32,000 bases of DNA from Cereibacter sphaeroides 2.4.1 (lineage in GTDB: Bacteria > Pseudomonadota > Alphaproteobacteria > Rhodobacterales > Rhodobacteraceae). The position numbers were made by a program, and so were the translations under genes. Where the stretch lies: positions 3,156,525 through 3,188,524 of the forward strand of contig NC_007493.2 of the NCBI RefSeq assembly GCF_000012905.2. The letters run 5' to 3'. A model generated the notes under the pieces. It ran no database searches. It saw only the letters and a program-made list of their open reading frames with translations, and was not told the origin of the DNA. Below, in pieces: positions 9,726-19,529 of the stretch. The stretch's first letter is position 1; every line of letters starts with the position of its first letter.

Positions 9726-9750
9726 CAAGCCGGGAATAGGGCTTGCTTTA
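9726..9750 (+). terminator. candidate intrinsic terminator after amn
   Basis: GCAAGCC-(8 nt loop)-GGCTTGC gives a perfect 7-bp stem, followed by TTTAT. Confidence 0.45.
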
Positions 9751-9837
9751 TGCTGCAAAACAAGGTGTAGCCCTTGAATTCGCCCCCAGAGGCAGGAACA
9801 GACCCCGCGTCCAGCGGGGCAAGACCAGGAGACTCTC

Positions 9838-10125
9838 ATGTCGAAACCGATGACCAAGACGCAGCTCGTCGCGACCCTTGCTGACGAGATGGGCTCGGAC
9901 AAGAAGACGGCCAACGCGGCCCTCGATGCGATCGCCTCGATCGTCGCCCGTGAAGTGGCCGCCGGCGGTGCCGTGACGCTGCCGGGCCTCGGCAAGGTCG
10001 TCTGCCGCGAGCGCCCCGAGCGTCAGGTGCGCAATCCGGCCACCGGCGAGCAGGTGACCAAGGCCGCCGACAAGCAGGTGAAATTCACCATCGCCAAGGC
10101 GCTGAAGGACAGCGTGAACGCCTGA
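9838..10125 (+). CDS. hup: HU-family nucleoid DNA-binding protein, 95 aa
   Basis: MTKTQLVATLADEMG...LPGLGKVVCRERPERQVRNPATGEQV...FTIAKALKDSV is the canonical HU/IHF fold signature (RNPxTGE arm). AGGAG RBS present. Confidence 0.92.
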   Translation: MSKPMTKTQLVATLADEMGSDKKTANAALDAIASIVAREVAAGGAVTLPGLGKVVCRERPERQVRNPATGEQVTKAADKQVKFTIAKALKDSVNA

Positions 10126-10154
10126 GCCGGCGATCCGGCACGGCAGCCGTTCGA

Positions 10155-10179
10155 GGGTCGCCATCCGGCGGCCCTTTTT
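10155..10179 (+). terminator. intrinsic terminator after hup
   Basis: GGGTCGCC-ATCC-GGCGGCCC (8-bp stem with one G-T wobble), followed by TTTTT. Confidence 0.6.
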
Positions 10180-10194
10180 CATGGGAGGGACCGG

Positions 10195-11076
10195 ATGGAT
10201 CTGCGCAGCATCGGCATGGGCCTCGCCTTTGCCTTCATGTGGTCCTCGGCCTTCGCTTCGGCGCGCATCATCGTGGCGCAGGCGCCGCCCCTCAGCGCGC
10301 TCTCGCTGCGCTTCCTCTGCTCGGGCCTGATCGCGCTCGCCCTCGGCGCGGCGCTGGGACAGTCGGCGCGGCTCAGCCCTGCGCAGTGGCGCGGCGTGGT
10401 GATCTTCGGTCTCTGCCAGAACGCCTTGTATCTCGGGCTCAATTTCGTCGCGATGCGCTGGGTGAGCGCGAGTTTCGCCGCCATCGTCGCCTCCACGATG
10501 CCGCTCCTCGTGGCGCTGGCGGGCTGGATCTTCCTGCACGAGCGGCTGAGGCCCGTCACGGCGCTGGGGCTTCTGGCCGGGATGGCAGGCGTGGCGCTCA
10601 TCATGGGCACGCGGCTGTCGGGCGGCGAGGATGCCCTGGGCTTTCTCCTCTGCGTCGCGGGCGTGATCGCGCTGACGGCGGCCACGCTGACGGTGCGGGT
10701 CGCCTCGTCCGGCGGCAACCTCCTGATGATCGTGGGTCTGCAGATGCTGGTGGGTTCGGCCGCGCTGGCGCCCGCGGCGCTGCTGACCGAGACCCCGCTC
10801 GAGGTGCAGTGGAGCGGCAGCCTCGTGGCGGCCTTCGCCTACACCACACTGGTGCCGGGGCTGCTCGCCACCTGGGTCTGGTTCCTGCTCGTCGGCCGGA
10901 TCGGCGCCGTCCGCGGCGCGACCTTCCATTTCCTCAACCCGTTCTTCGGCGTGGCCGTGGCGGCGGTGCTTCTGGGCGAGCGGATGGGGATCTGGGACGT
11001 GGCCGGCGTCGTCGTGATCGCGGCCGGGATTCTCGCCGTGCAGCTCTCGCGCGTGCCCGAAGCCGCCCGGCGCTAG
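10195..11076 (+). CDS. DMT superfamily (EamA-type) transporter, 293 aa
   Basis: About ten predicted hydrophobic helices in two EamA-like halves ([10 protein letters not shown]..., [34 protein letters not shown]). GGGAGGGA RBS. Confidence 0.85.
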   Translation: MDLRSIGMGLAFAFMWSSAFASARIIVAQAPPLSALSLRFLCSGLIALALGAALGQSARLSPAQWRGVVIFGLCQNALYLGLNFVAMRWVSASFAAIVASTMPLLVALAGWIFLHERLRPVTALGLLAGMAGVALIMGTRLSGGEDALGFLLCVAGVIALTAATLTVRVASSGGNLLMIVGLQMLVGSAALAPAALLTETPLEVQWSGSLVAAFAYTTLVPGLLATWVWFLLVGRIGAVRGATFHFLNPFFGVAVAAVLLGERMGIWDVAGVVVIAAGILAVQLSRVPEAARR

Positions 11077-12173
11077 CCGATCGTCCCGCGCAGGCCGCCG
11101 GTCTGGCCGCGGTCGAGCAGCAGATGGTCGAGCAGCACGCAGGCCATCATCGCCTCGCCCACCGGCACCGCGCGGATGCCCACGCAGGGATCGTGGCGGC
11201 CCTTCGTCACCACCTCCACCTCGCGCCCGTCGGTCGTGACCGAGCGGCGCGGGGTCAGGATCGAGGAGGTGGGCTTCACCGCAAAGCGCACCACCACATC
11301 CTGCCCGGTCGAGATGCCGCCGAGGATGCCGCCCGCATGGTTGGTCAGGAACTCGGGGCCCTCGGGGCCCATGCGGATTTCGTCGGCATTGGCGCTGCCG
11401 GTGAGGCAGGCCGCGGCCATCCCCTCGCCGATCTCGACACCCTTCACCGCGTTGATCGTCATCATGGCCGCGGCGAGGTCGCTGTCGAGCTTGCCGTAGA
11501 TCGGCGCGCCGAGCCCTGCCGGCACGCCCGAGGCCCGCACCTCGACGATGGCGCCCACCGAATCGTGCGCCTTGCGCAGTCCGTCGAGATAGTCGGCCCA
11601 GAGCGCGGCCGTATCGGGATCGGGGCACCAGAAGGGGTTGCGCTCGATCTCGTCCGCGTCGAACCGGGCGCGGTCGATAGCATGCGGCCCGATCTGGACC
11701 ATGTAGCCCTCGATCCGCAGGCCGGGAACCAAGGCCGCCAGCGCCGCCCGGGCGACACCGCCCGCCGCGACCCGCGCCGCCGTCTCGCGCGCCGAGGAGC
11801 GCCCGCCCCCGCGATAGTCGCGCAGCCCGTATTTCCAGTGATAGGCGATGTCGGCATGACCCGGCCGGAAGCTCCGGGCGATCTCGCCATAGTCCTTCGA
11901 CCGCTGGTCGGTGTTCTCGATCATGAGCTGGATCGGCGTGCCGGTCGAGCGGCCCTCGAAGGTGCCCGACAGTATCCTGACCGCATCCGGCTCCTGCCGC
12001 TGGGTGGTGAAGCGGTTCTGGCCGGGCTTCCGGCGGTCGAGCCAGTGCTGGATCGCCTCGGCCTCGATCGCGACGCCGGGCGGGCAGCCATCCACCGTCG
12101 CGCCGAGCGCGGGCCCATGGCTCTCGCCCCAGGTGGTGACGCGGAAGATGTGGCCGAAAGTGTTGTAGCTCAT
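11073..12173 (-). CDS. aroC: chorismate synthase, 366 aa
   Basis: [39 protein letters not shown] and [14 protein letters not shown] are canonical AroC signatures. Start at ATG 12173. Confidence 0.95.
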   Translation of the reverse strand: MSYNTFGHIFRVTTWGESHGPALGATVDGCPPGVAIEAEAIQHWLDRRKPGQNRFTTQRQEPDAVRILSGTFEGRSTGTPIQLMIENTDQRSKDYGEIARSFRPGHADIAYHWKYGLRDYRGGGRSSARETAARVAAGGVARAALAALVPGLRIEGYMVQIGPHAIDRARFDADEIERNPFWCPDPDTAALWADYLDGLRKAHDSVGAIVEVRASGVPAGLGAPIYGKLDSDLAAAMMTINAVKGVEIGEGMAAACLTGSANADEIRMGPEGPEFLTNHAGGILGGISTGQDVVVRFAVKPTSSILTPRRSVTTDGREVEVVTKGRHDPCVGIRAVPVGEAMMACVLLDHLLLDRGQTGGLRGTIG

Positions 12174-12256
12174 GACGTTCGTCCCCGTTTGGCCGAGCCA
12201 TAGGGCAGATGCGCCCGTCGGGGAACCGGATTCTGGCGCAGGGCGCGGCTTTCCTG

Positions 12257-12284
12257 TTGCGGCGGCGGGCCGCCCCGCTATGGT
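12257..12284 (+). promoter_or_regulatory. candidate sigma70-type promoter for the thi leader
   Basis: TTGCGG (12257-12262), 16-nt spacer, TATGGT (12279-12284). The predicted start lies a few nt before the riboswitch P1 stem. Confidence 0.45.
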
Positions 12285-12290
12285 CTGTCC

Positions 12291-12373
12291 CACCTCGGGG
12301 TGCCCGCAAGGGCTGAGACGCTGCGCGCGAACCCGTTGAACCTGACCCGGTTAGGACCGGCGGAGGGAAGGTG
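12291..12373 (+). promoter_or_regulatory. TPP (THI-box) riboswitch
   Basis: CACCTCGGGGTGCCCGCAAGGGCTGAGA...AACCCGTTGAACCTGACCCGGTTAGGACCGGCGGAGGGAAGGTG contains the conserved GGGGUGC, CUGAGA, ACCUGA and GGCGGAGGGAA elements, closed by a CACCT/AGGTG P1. It sits directly upstream of thiB. Confidence 0.88.
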
Positions 12374-12419
12374 CATGGCTCCTCATCCCGTTCCGTTCCG
12401 CGTCGAAGAGGAGGATGAG

Positions 12420-13403
12420 ATGAGACTTCCGATCGTTGCTTCCTGTGTTGCGCTGGCTGCGGGAACGGCCGCGGCCGAGACGCCCGTGCTGACGGTGCTG
12501 ACCTACGACAGCTTCACCTCGGAATGGGGTCCTGGCCCCGCGGTCGAGAAAGCCTTCGAGGAGACCTGCGCCTGCGACCTGCGCTTCGTCGCCGCGGGCG
12601 ACGGGGCGGCGCTTCTGGCGCGGCTCCAGCTCGAGGGCGCGCGGAGCGAGGCCGATGTGGTTCTGGGGCTCGACACGAACCTCACGGCGGCGGCGGCCGC
12701 GACCGGCCTCTTCGCTCCGCACGGCGTGAGCACGCCGCTCGATCTGCCGGTGGCCTGGGAGGATCCGGTGTTCCTGCCCTTCGACTGGGGCTGGTTCGCC
12801 TTCGTCCATGACCGCAGGATGGAAGATGTGCCGGCCTCGTTCGAGGAGCTGGCGGCGTCGGACTCCAAGATCGTCATCCAGGATCCGCGCAGCTCGACCC
12901 CGGGTCTGGGCCTTCTGATGTGGGTGGAGGCGGCCTACGGCGACCGCGCGCCCGAGATCTGGGAGGGGCTCGCCGACAATATCGTGACGGTGACGCCCGG
13001 CTGGTCCGAGGCCTACGGCCTCTTCATGGAGGGCGAGGCCGACATGGTGCTGAGCTACACCACCTCGCCCGCCTACCATCTGATCGCTGAGGAGGACGAT
13101 ACCAAGACTGCGGCCGCCTTCCGCGAGGGGCACTATCTGCAGGTCGAGGTGGCGGGCAAGCTGGCCGCGACCGACCAGCCGGAGCTGGCCGACCGCTTCA
13201 TGGCCTTCCTGCTGGAGGAGCCGGTGCAGTCGGTGCTGCCCACGACGAACTGGATGTATCCGGCGAAGCTGCCCGCCGCGGGCCTGCCCGAGGGGTTCGA
13301 GACGCTGGTGCAGCCCGAGACCTCGCTTCTGCTGTCGGCTGACGAGGCGCTCGCCCTCCGGCCCGAGGCTCTGGCCGAATGGCAAGACGCGCTGGCGCGC
13401 TGA
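12420..13403 (+). CDS. thiB: thiamine ABC transporter periplasmic binding protein, 327 aa
   Basis: Signal peptide MRLPIVASCVALAAGTAAA. ThiB/TbpA-like body (LTVLTYDSFTSEWGPGP..., PFDWGWFAFV). GAGGAGGA RBS before ATG 12420. Follows the TPP riboswitch and precedes thiPQ. Confidence 0.88.
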   Translation: MRLPIVASCVALAAGTAAAETPVLTVLTYDSFTSEWGPGPAVEKAFEETCACDLRFVAAGDGAALLARLQLEGARSEADVVLGLDTNLTAAAAATGLFAPHGVSTPLDLPVAWEDPVFLPFDWGWFAFVHDRRMEDVPASFEELAASDSKIVIQDPRSSTPGLGLLMWVEAAYGDRAPEIWEGLADNIVTVTPGWSEAYGLFMEGEADMVLSYTTSPAYHLIAEEDDTKTAAAFREGHYLQVEVAGKLAATDQPELADRFMAFLLEEPVQSVLPTTNWMYPAKLPAAGLPEGFETLVQPETSLLLSADEALALRPEALAEWQDALAR

Positions 13404-14893
13404 TCGTCGCCGCGGCGCTGGCCGCGCTGACGCTGGGCCCGCTCGCGCTCGTGATGGCGCGGGCGGGCGGCGGCGCGCTCGGTCCGGCCGATTGGGCGGC
13501 AGTGCGCTTCACCGTCCTGCAGGCGGCACTGTCTGCGGTGGTCTCGGTTCTGCTGGCGGTGCCGGTGGCCCGCGCGCTCGCCCGCCGCAGCTTCCCCGGC
13601 CGTCGACTGATGATCGCGCTGCTGGGCGCGCCCTTCCTGCTGCCGGTGATCGTGGCGGTCCTTGGGCTGATCGCGGTTTTCGGCCGGGCGGGGCTGCTGA
13701 ACCGGGGGCTCGAGGCCGTGGGCCTGCCCGCGCTTTCGATCTACGGGCTCCACGGTGTCGTGCTGGCCCATGTCTTCTTCAACATGCCCTTCGCCGTCCG
13801 GCTGATCCTGCAGGGCTGGCTCGCGATCCCGTCCGAGCGTTTCCGGCTGGCGGCCGCGCTCGGCTTCCGGCCGGCCGATGTGGCGCGGCATCTGGAATGG
13901 CCGATGCTGCGGGCGGTGGTGCCGGGCGTGGCGCTGGTGGTCTTCGTGATCTGCCTGTCGAGCTTCGCCGTGGCCCTGACGCTGGGCGGCGGCCCGCGGG
14001 CCACGACGGTGGAGCTTGCGATCTATCAGGCCCTGCGGTTCGAGTTCGACCTGGGCCGCGCGGCGCTGCTGGCTGCGCTGCAATTCGCACTCTGCGGGGC
14101 AGCGGTGCTGGCCACTGGCGCCCTGTCGCTGCCCTCGGCCTTCGGCGCAGGGCTCGACCGCGCGCCTGTGCCCCTCGCGCCGGGGGGCTGGCGGCGCGGG
14201 GCGGACGGCTTGGCGCTGGCGCTGGCCGCGGCTTTCCTCCTTCTGCCGCTCGGCATGGTCGCCGCGCGCGGGGCGCCGGGGCTTCTCCATCTGCCGTCCG
14301 ATGTCTGGGCCGCGGCGGGCCGGTCGCTCGCGGTGGCACTGCCCTCGGCCGCCCTCTCGGTGACCGGCGCGCTGGTGCTGGCGCTGGCGGGCCCCCGCTT
14401 CGGGCTGGTGGCGACCCTGCCGCTCGCCGCCTCCTCGCTCGTCCTCGGCACCGGGCTGTTCCTTGCTGTCCATCCCGTCCTCAATCCGACGCTGGTCGCG
14501 CTGCCGGTGACGATGCTCGTCAATGCCACGCTCACGCTGCCCTTCGCCTATCGCATCCTCGCACCCGAGGCGCGCGCGCTTGAGGCCGATTACGGCCGGC
14601 TCGCCGCGGCTCTGGGCCTTGGCGGCATGGCGCGGCTGCGCTGGCTCACGCTGCCGCGGCTGCGCCGTCCGCTGGGCTTCGCTCTGGGCGTGGCGTCGGC
14701 GCTGGCGATGGGGGATCTGGGCGTCATCGCGCTCTTTGCCGCCGAGGGGGGCGCCACGCTGCCGCTTCTCGTCCAGCGGCTGATGGGTGCCTACCGGCTG
14801 GAAGAGGCGGCGGGGGCGGCGCTGCTTCTGGTGCTCACGAGCTTCGCCCTCTTCTGGATCTTCGACCGCGGAGGCCGCCATGCTGCATCTTGA
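13379..14893 (+). CDS. thiP: thiamine ABC transporter permease (duplicated MalFG-type), 504 aa
   Basis: Twelve-helix duplicated binding-protein-dependent permease, overlapping thiB by 25 nt and thiQ by 14 nt. The N-terminus and the segment VRFTVLQAALSAVVSVLLAVPVARALARRSFPGR parallel E. coli ThiP. Confidence 0.88.
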   Translation: MARRAGALIVAAALAALTLGPLALVMARAGGGALGPADWAAVRFTVLQAALSAVVSVLLAVPVARALARRSFPGRRLMIALLGAPFLLPVIVAVLGLIAVFGRAGLLNRGLEAVGLPALSIYGLHGVVLAHVFFNMPFAVRLILQGWLAIPSERFRLAAALGFRPADVARHLEWPMLRAVVPGVALVVFVICLSSFAVALTLGGGPRATTVELAIYQALRFEFDLGRAALLAALQFALCGAAVLATGALSLPSAFGAGLDRAPVPLAPGGWRRGADGLALALAAAFLLLPLGMVAARGAPGLLHLPSDVWAAAGRSLAVALPSAALSVTGALVLALAGPRFGLVATLPLAASSLVLGTGLFLAVHPVLNPTLVALPVTMLVNATLTLPFAYRILAPEARALEADYGRLAAALGLGGMARLRWLTLPRLRRPLGFALGVASALAMGDLGVIALFAAEGGATLPLLVQRLMGAYRLEEAAGAALLLVLTSFALFWIFDRGGRHAAS

Positions 14894-15575
14894 CCGCCTG
14901 CTGATCCGGCAGGGCGATTTCACGCTCCGCGCCGATGCCACGGCCTGCGCGGGCGAGCGGATCGCGGTGATCGGGCCGTCGGGCGGGGGCAAGTCCACGC
15001 TCCTCATGGCGATCGCGGGCTTCCTCGCCCCGGCCGAGGGGCGCATCCTCTGGCAGGGCCGGGATCTCGGCCCGCTCGGTCCCGGCGAGCGGCAGGTGAG
15101 CCTTCTGTTTCAGGACCAGAATCTCTTCCCGCATCTCACGCTGCGTGAAAATCTGGGGCTCGGGATCTCGCCCGCCCTGCGGCTTGCGGCCGGAGACCGC
15201 GCGCGGATCGCCGAGGCGCTGGAGCGTGTGGGTCTTGCGGGTCTCGGGGAGGCGAAGCCGGGGCGGCTCTCGGGAGGGCAGCAGGGGCGGGCGGCGCTCG
15301 CCCGGGCGCTCCTGCGGGCGCGGCCGATCCTGCTCCTCGACGAGCCCTTCGCCGCGCTCGGGCCCGCGCTCAAGGCCGAGATGCTGGCGCTCGTCTCCGA
15401 GATCGCGGCCGAGACCGGGGCCACGGTGCTGATGGTCACGCACGACCCCGAGGATGCGCGCCGCTTCGCCCACCGCACCATCCTCGTGGCGGACGGTCGG
15501 GCCGAGGCGCCGCAGCCGACGGCGGCGCTTTTTGCCGATCCGCCGCCGGCACTCCGCGCCTACCTCGGCCCCTGA
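14880..15575 (+). CDS. thiQ: thiamine ABC transporter ATP-binding protein, 231 aa
   Basis: Walker A GPSGGGKST, signature LSGGQQGR, Walker B ILLLDEPF, H-loop VTHD. Start at ATG 14880 (MLHLDRLL...). Confidence 0.9.
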   Translation: MLHLDRLLIRQGDFTLRADATACAGERIAVIGPSGGGKSTLLMAIAGFLAPAEGRILWQGRDLGPLGPGERQVSLLFQDQNLFPHLTLRENLGLGISPALRLAAGDRARIAEALERVGLAGLGEAKPGRLSGGQQGRAALARALLRARPILLLDEPFAALGPALKAEMLALVSEIAAETGATVLMVTHDPEDARRFAHRTILVADGRAEAPQPTAALFADPPPALRAYLGP

Positions 15576-15582
15576 ACGGAAA

Positions 15583-15604
15583 AGGCCCCGCCGAAGCGGG
15601 GCCT
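15583..15604. terminator. shared (bidirectional) hairpin between convergent thiQ and petC
   Basis: AGGCCCCGC-CGAA-GCGGGGCCT is a perfect 9-bp stem with a tetraloop, flanked by A-rich sequence (GGAAAAGG) on one side. Confidence 0.6.
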
Positions 15605-15624
15605 GTCCTCATCGATCCCGGGGA

Positions 15625-16482
15625 TCAGACGTTCGTCTTCTTCTTGCCCTTCACGCCGGCCCAGAGCCGCTTGTTCGTGAGGTAGAGCAGCACCGACAGC
15701 ACGGTCAGGAACATGACGGCGGTGAAGCCGGCCTGCTTGCGGGCCATCAGCTTCGGTTCGGCCGCCCACATCAGGAAGGCCGAGACGTCTTCTGCCATCG
15801 CATGAACGCTGGCGTCGTGGCCGTCGGCATATTCCACCAGATCGTCCATGAGCGGAGGCGGCATGGCGATCCACGAGCCGGCGGTGGTCTTCACGCCGTT
15901 CGCGTCCTTGCAGGTGTCGGGGACCGAACCGTTCTGGAAGGCGCGGTTGTAGTAGAAGCCGTCCGGCTCATGGCCTTCGGCGCATTTCGGCGGCTCTTCC
16001 GGGAAGCCCGTCAGCACCGAGTAGATGTATTCCGGCCCGCCGATGCCGTTGAAGAGCTGGCTGATGCCGGTGCCCATCGGGCCGTGGAAGCCCGCCCGCG
16101 CCTTCGCCATGAGCGAGAGGTCGGGCGCGTTCTCCAGCGCCGAATGGGGGAAGTGGTCGGTGGGCTTGCCCTCGCGGTCCTCACCCGTTTCCTCGTCGGT
16201 CACGGTGAACTGCGTGGCATAGGCCCGGACCTGATCCTCGGGCAGCTCGGGGCCGCCCGGTTCCGACAGGCTGCGGATCGGGACGAACTTCATCCCGTGG
16301 CAGGCTGCGCAGACCTCGGTATAGACCTGCAGGCCCCGCTGGAGCTGGTGCTGGTCGAAGGTTCCGAACGGGCCCTCGAACGAGAAGGGCACGTCCTCGA
16401 CATGGCCGCCGCCGGCCGCCATCGCCGCGCCGCCCGAGAGGGCGAGCGCCGTGGCGGCTGTGAGAGTGAGTTTGCGGATCAT
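15625..16482 (-). CDS. petC: cytochrome c1 of the bc1 complex, 285 aa
   Basis: [22 protein letters not shown] signal, heme site CAACHG and a C-terminal TM anchor ending ...KGKKKTNV. The sequence matches, from memory, R. sphaeroides FbcC. Start at ATG 16482. Confidence 0.97.
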   Translation of the reverse strand: MIRKLTLTAATALALSGGAAMAAGGGHVEDVPFSFEGPFGTFDQHQLQRGLQVYTEVCAACHGMKFVPIRSLSEPGGPELPEDQVRAYATQFTVTDEETGEDREGKPTDHFPHSALENAPDLSLMAKARAGFHGPMGTGISQLFNGIGGPEYIYSVLTGFPEEPPKCAEGHEPDGFYYNRAFQNGSVPDTCKDANGVKTTAGSWIAMPPPLMDDLVEYADGHDASVHAMAEDVSAFLMWAAEPKLMARKQAGFTAVMFLTVLSVLLYLTNKRLWAGVKGKKKTNV

Positions 16483-16499
16483 CGTCACTGTCCTTTCCC

Positions 16500-17837
16500 T
16501 TACTCTGCCACGACCGTTTTCGTGCCGCCGGTCGCCGGCGAGTAGTGGGCGTTGAAGTCTTCTTCGATGGTCGCGGGCGGAGCCACCGGCTTCTCGATCG
16601 CGCCGAGGATCGGCAGGATCACCAGGAAGTAGGCGAACCAGTAGGCCGATGCGATGAGCGAGATCCAGTCGTAGGGGAAGGTGGTCTGCTGGGCGCCGAC
16701 CCAGGTCAGGATCACGAAGTCCGCCGCGAGCAGCCAGAAGTAGATCTTGAACATCGGGCGGTAGCGCCCCGACCGCACCGGCGAGGTGTCGAGCCACGGC
16801 ACCAGCGCCATCACGAGGATCGCGCCGAACATCGCGAGCACGCCGAAGAACTTGGCGTCGATGATGCCGAAGCTGATGAAGTTGGCGATCTGCACCACCC
16901 AGACGTCGGCGGTGAAGGCGCGCAGGATCGCGTAGAAGGGCAGGAAGTACCATTCCGGCACGATGTGCGCGGGCGTCGAGAGCGGGTTCGCCTCGATGTA
17001 GTTGTCGGGGTGGCCGAGGTAGTTCGGCATGAAGCCCACGATGGCGAAGAACACCAGCAGGACGACGGCCAGGGCGAAGACGTCCTTGATGATGAAGTAG
17101 GGCCAGAACGGAACCGTGTCCTTCTGGGCTTCCGCCTTCGAGGTGCGGCGCACTTCGACGCCGGTCGGGTTGTTGTTGCCCGTCGAGTGGAAGGCCCAGA
17201 TGTGGATGGCCACGAGGGCCGCGATCACGAAGGGCAGCAGGTAGTGCAGCGAGAAGAAGCGGTTGAGCGTGGCATTGTCCACCGCCGGGCCGCCGAGCAG
17301 CCAGGTCTGGATCGAATGGCCGATGCCCGGGATCGCGCCGAAGAGGCCGGTGATCACGGTGGCGCCCCAGAAGGACATCTGGCCCCACGGCAGCACGTAG
17401 CCCATGAAGGCGGTCGCCATCATCGCGAGATAGATGAGCATCCCCACGATCCAGGTGACCTCGCGCGGCGCCTTGTAGCTGCCGTAGTAGAGGCCGCGGA
17501 AGATGTGCAGATAGACCGCGATGAAGAACAGCGAGGCGCCGTTCGCATGCAGGTAGCGCAGCATGAAGCCGCCGTTCACGTTGCGCATGATGTGCTCGAC
17601 CGAGGCGAAGGCCAGGTCGACATGCGGCGTGTAATGCATCGCAAGCACGATGCCGGTGACGATCTGCAGCACGAGACAGAAGGCGAGGACGACGCCCCAG
17701 ATCCACATCCAGTTCAGGTTTCTGGGGGTGGGGATCATGATGGTGTCATAAGCCAGCGCGACAATCGGCAGCCGGCTGTGCAGCCACTTCTCGATGCCCG
17801 TCCGCGGCTCGTAATGGTCGTGAGGGATTCCGGACAT
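16500..17837 (-). CDS. petB: cytochrome b of the bc1 complex, 445 aa
   Basis: [26 protein letters not shown]..., the [13 protein letters not shown] motif and conserved His ligands. Ends ...TKTVVAE as in R. sphaeroides FbcB. Confidence 0.97.
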   Translation of the reverse strand: MSGIPHDHYEPRTGIEKWLHSRLPIVALAYDTIMIPTPRNLNWMWIWGVVLAFCLVLQIVTGIVLAMHYTPHVDLAFASVEHIMRNVNGGFMLRYLHANGASLFFIAVYLHIFRGLYYGSYKAPREVTWIVGMLIYLAMMATAFMGYVLPWGQMSFWGATVITGLFGAIPGIGHSIQTWLLGGPAVDNATLNRFFSLHYLLPFVIAALVAIHIWAFHSTGNNNPTGVEVRRTSKAEAQKDTVPFWPYFIIKDVFALAVVLLVFFAIVGFMPNYLGHPDNYIEANPLSTPAHIVPEWYFLPFYAILRAFTADVWVVQIANFISFGIIDAKFFGVLAMFGAILVMALVPWLDTSPVRSGRYRPMFKIYFWLLAADFVILTWVGAQQTTFPYDWISLIASAYWFAYFLVILPILGAIEKPVAPPATIEEDFNAHYSPATGGTKTVVAE

Positions 17838-17847
17838 GGCGTGTTCC

Positions 17848-18411
17848 TTACCCGAGCTGGATGGTGGTTTCGTCGATGAACTTGGCGAGCGGAATCGGCA
17901 GGTTCTCGGGCGCGGGGCCCTTCCGGATACGGCCGGCACTGTCGTAGTGCGATCCGTGGCAGGGGCAGAACCAGCCCCCGAAGTCACCCGACACGCCGCC
18001 GATCGGCACGCAGCCGAGGTGGGTGCAGACGCCCCACATCACCAGCCACTCTCCGGCCTCGTCCAGCGTGCGGTTCTGGTCCGTCGCCTCGGCGCCGGCG
18101 TCGATGTTCGCGTTGCGGGCATTGGTGTCGACCAGCTGGCCGAGCTGGACGGAGCGGCCGAGCTCGATGTCGGCCTCGGTGCGGCGGCGGATGAAGATCG
18201 GTTTGCCGAGGAACTTGACGGTCAGCTGGACACCCGGCTCGACCGAGCTCACATCGACGAAGATGGAGGCGAGGGCCTGCACGTCGGCCGACGGATTCAT
18301 TTGGTTGATCAGCGGCCAGACGGCGGCCCCGGTGGCCACCGCCCCGGCTCCGGCCGTGGCGTAATACAGGAAATCCCTGCGAGTGCCTGCGTGATCTTCT
18401 GCGTTGGACAC
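17848..18411 (-). CDS. petA: Rieske iron-sulfur subunit of the bc1 complex, 187 aa
   Basis: Tat-type RRDFLYYAT signal-anchor and 2Fe-2S boxes CTHLGC and [11 protein letters not shown] start (complement of 18409-18411) follows GGGAGAA and gives the known 187-aa product. Confidence 0.95.
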   Translation of the reverse strand: MSNAEDHAGTRRDFLYYATAGAGAVATGAAVWPLINQMNPSADVQALASIFVDVSSVEPGVQLTVKFLGKPIFIRRRTEADIELGRSVQLGQLVDTNARNANIDAGAEATDQNRTLDEAGEWLVMWGVCTHLGCVPIGGVSGDFGGWFCPCHGSHYDSAGRIRKGPAPENLPIPLAKFIDETTIQLG

Positions 18412-18868
18412 GAGAACTTCTCCCTTCCTCGGGCCGCTGCAGGCCCACAAGATGACCGGGCCGCGGTCAAACGCAGCCTTGCCTGTCGCCTTCTAATTGC
18501 CATGCGGCGTTGCGTCCAGCGGACAAACAGGCGCAGCAGGCAATTGGCACAGGCTCTTGCTGCCCTTTTGCCACCCTTTCGGCCGCCTCCGGTGCCGCGG
18601 GAATCGGCAGCTCCGGCGCGGGAGCGGGACCGGAGGTGCGCGGCGTCTCCCGGAGCGGTGCGGCCCGTCGGGGCGCAGGCAGGGGAGGGGTTCGAGACGG
18701 CGGCAGGCGCGGGGGCCGGTGACCCTCGTGAAGGACGCGCCCGCCCGCGCTTCCGGAGGGGCTCGGTTCCGGCAGGCTTCGCGAGGGCGCGGCAGAGCCT
18801 CGCCCGCCCCGGTCACGATTGCGTGTTCCGGTCTTCCGAAAGCGGCCGATCCACCCCCGCGGGGAAAC

Positions 18869-18901
18869 GGCCTGTCATTCGCGCTTCGTGAATGACAGGC
18901 C
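18869..18901 (-). terminator. strong hairpin just downstream of the GST gene
   Basis: GGCCTGTCATTC-(9 nt)-GAATGACAGGCC is a perfect 12-bp stem lying 16 nt after the GST stop. Only a weak T tract (GTTTCCCC) follows on the minus strand. Confidence 0.55.
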
Positions 18902-18916
18902 CCGGGACGGTGGCGG

Positions 18917-19525
18917 TCAGGCGACGGGAACGGTCGCTAGCATCGAGGAGCGCTGGCTGAAACTCCCGGCCCACTCGGCGAGGAGCGGGCGCGCGGCGCG
19001 CCAGTCGCGCGGGCCATGGCGGAAGTCGAGATAGTCGAGCGCGCAGCCCATGGCGATCTGGCCGATGTCGAGCGGCCCCTGCAGCTGGCTCATCCAGCGG
19101 GCCTCGACCGCCTCGAGCGCGCGGGCGATCTTGCTCCACTGGCCCTCGACCCAGGGCTCGTGCCGCTTCTCTTCGGGGCGGATGCGGGATTCGTAGACCA
19201 TCAGCACGGCCGCCTCGAGGATGCCGTCCGCCGTCGCTTCCAGCGTCAGCGCATCCCAGAGCCGGGGCGCCGCCGGATAGAGGCCGGCGTTGGCCACGCT
19301 GTCGAGATAGCGGCAGATCACCCGGCTGTCGTAGAGCGCGGGCCCGTCGTCCCGCGCGAGCACCGGGATCTTGCCCAGCGGATTGAGCGCGAGCGGCAGG
19401 TTGCCCGGATCGACGGGCGTGCCGCCCGAGAGGATCCGCTCGACCTTTCCGAACAGGCCGGTCTCGTGCAGCACGACATCGACCTTGCGCACGAAGGGCG
19501 AGGTCGCGGAAGCGTAAAGGCGCAT
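18917..19525 (-). CDS. glutathione S-transferase family protein, 202 aa
   Basis: MRLYASATSPFVRKVDVVLHETGL...NPLGKIPVL...LYDSRVICRYL is the thioredoxin-like GST N-domain, followed by a helical C-domain. GGAGAA RBS before ATG 19525. Confidence 0.85.
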   Translation of the reverse strand: MRLYASATSPFVRKVDVVLHETGLFGKVERILSGGTPVDPGNLPLALNPLGKIPVLARDDGPALYDSRVICRYLDSVANAGLYPAAPRLWDALTLEATADGILEAAVLMVYESRIRPEEKRHEPWVEGQWSKIARALEAVEARWMSQLQGPLDIGQIAMGCALDYLDFRHGPRDWRAARPLLAEWAGSFSQRSSMLATVPVA

Positions 19526-19529
19526 GGGC

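Noticed and set aside
9748-12309. 853-aa minus-strand ORF spanning hup, the eamA transporter and aroC
   Set aside because: It crosses three independently well-supported genes on both strands. The sequence is Arg/Gly/Pro/His-rich junk with no RBS. This is a high-GC artefact.
13133-15046. 637-aa minus-strand ORF antisense to thiP and thiQ
   Set aside because: Extremely Arg/Gln/Glu/His-rich low-complexity translation. The sense strand encodes a textbook ABC permease and ATPase.
16483-17706. N-terminal extension of the petC frame (693-aa ORF 15625..17706)
   Set aside because: It overlaps petB out of frame. The mature cytochrome c1 precursor of 285 aa starts at ATG 16482 with a proper signal peptide.
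18493-18895. ORFs of 70-132 aa on both strands in the petA upstream region
   Set aside because: They have no RBS and an Arg/Gly/Pro-dominated composition typical of non-coding GC-rich DNA read in any frame. The region is kept as an unexplained non-coding finding instead.
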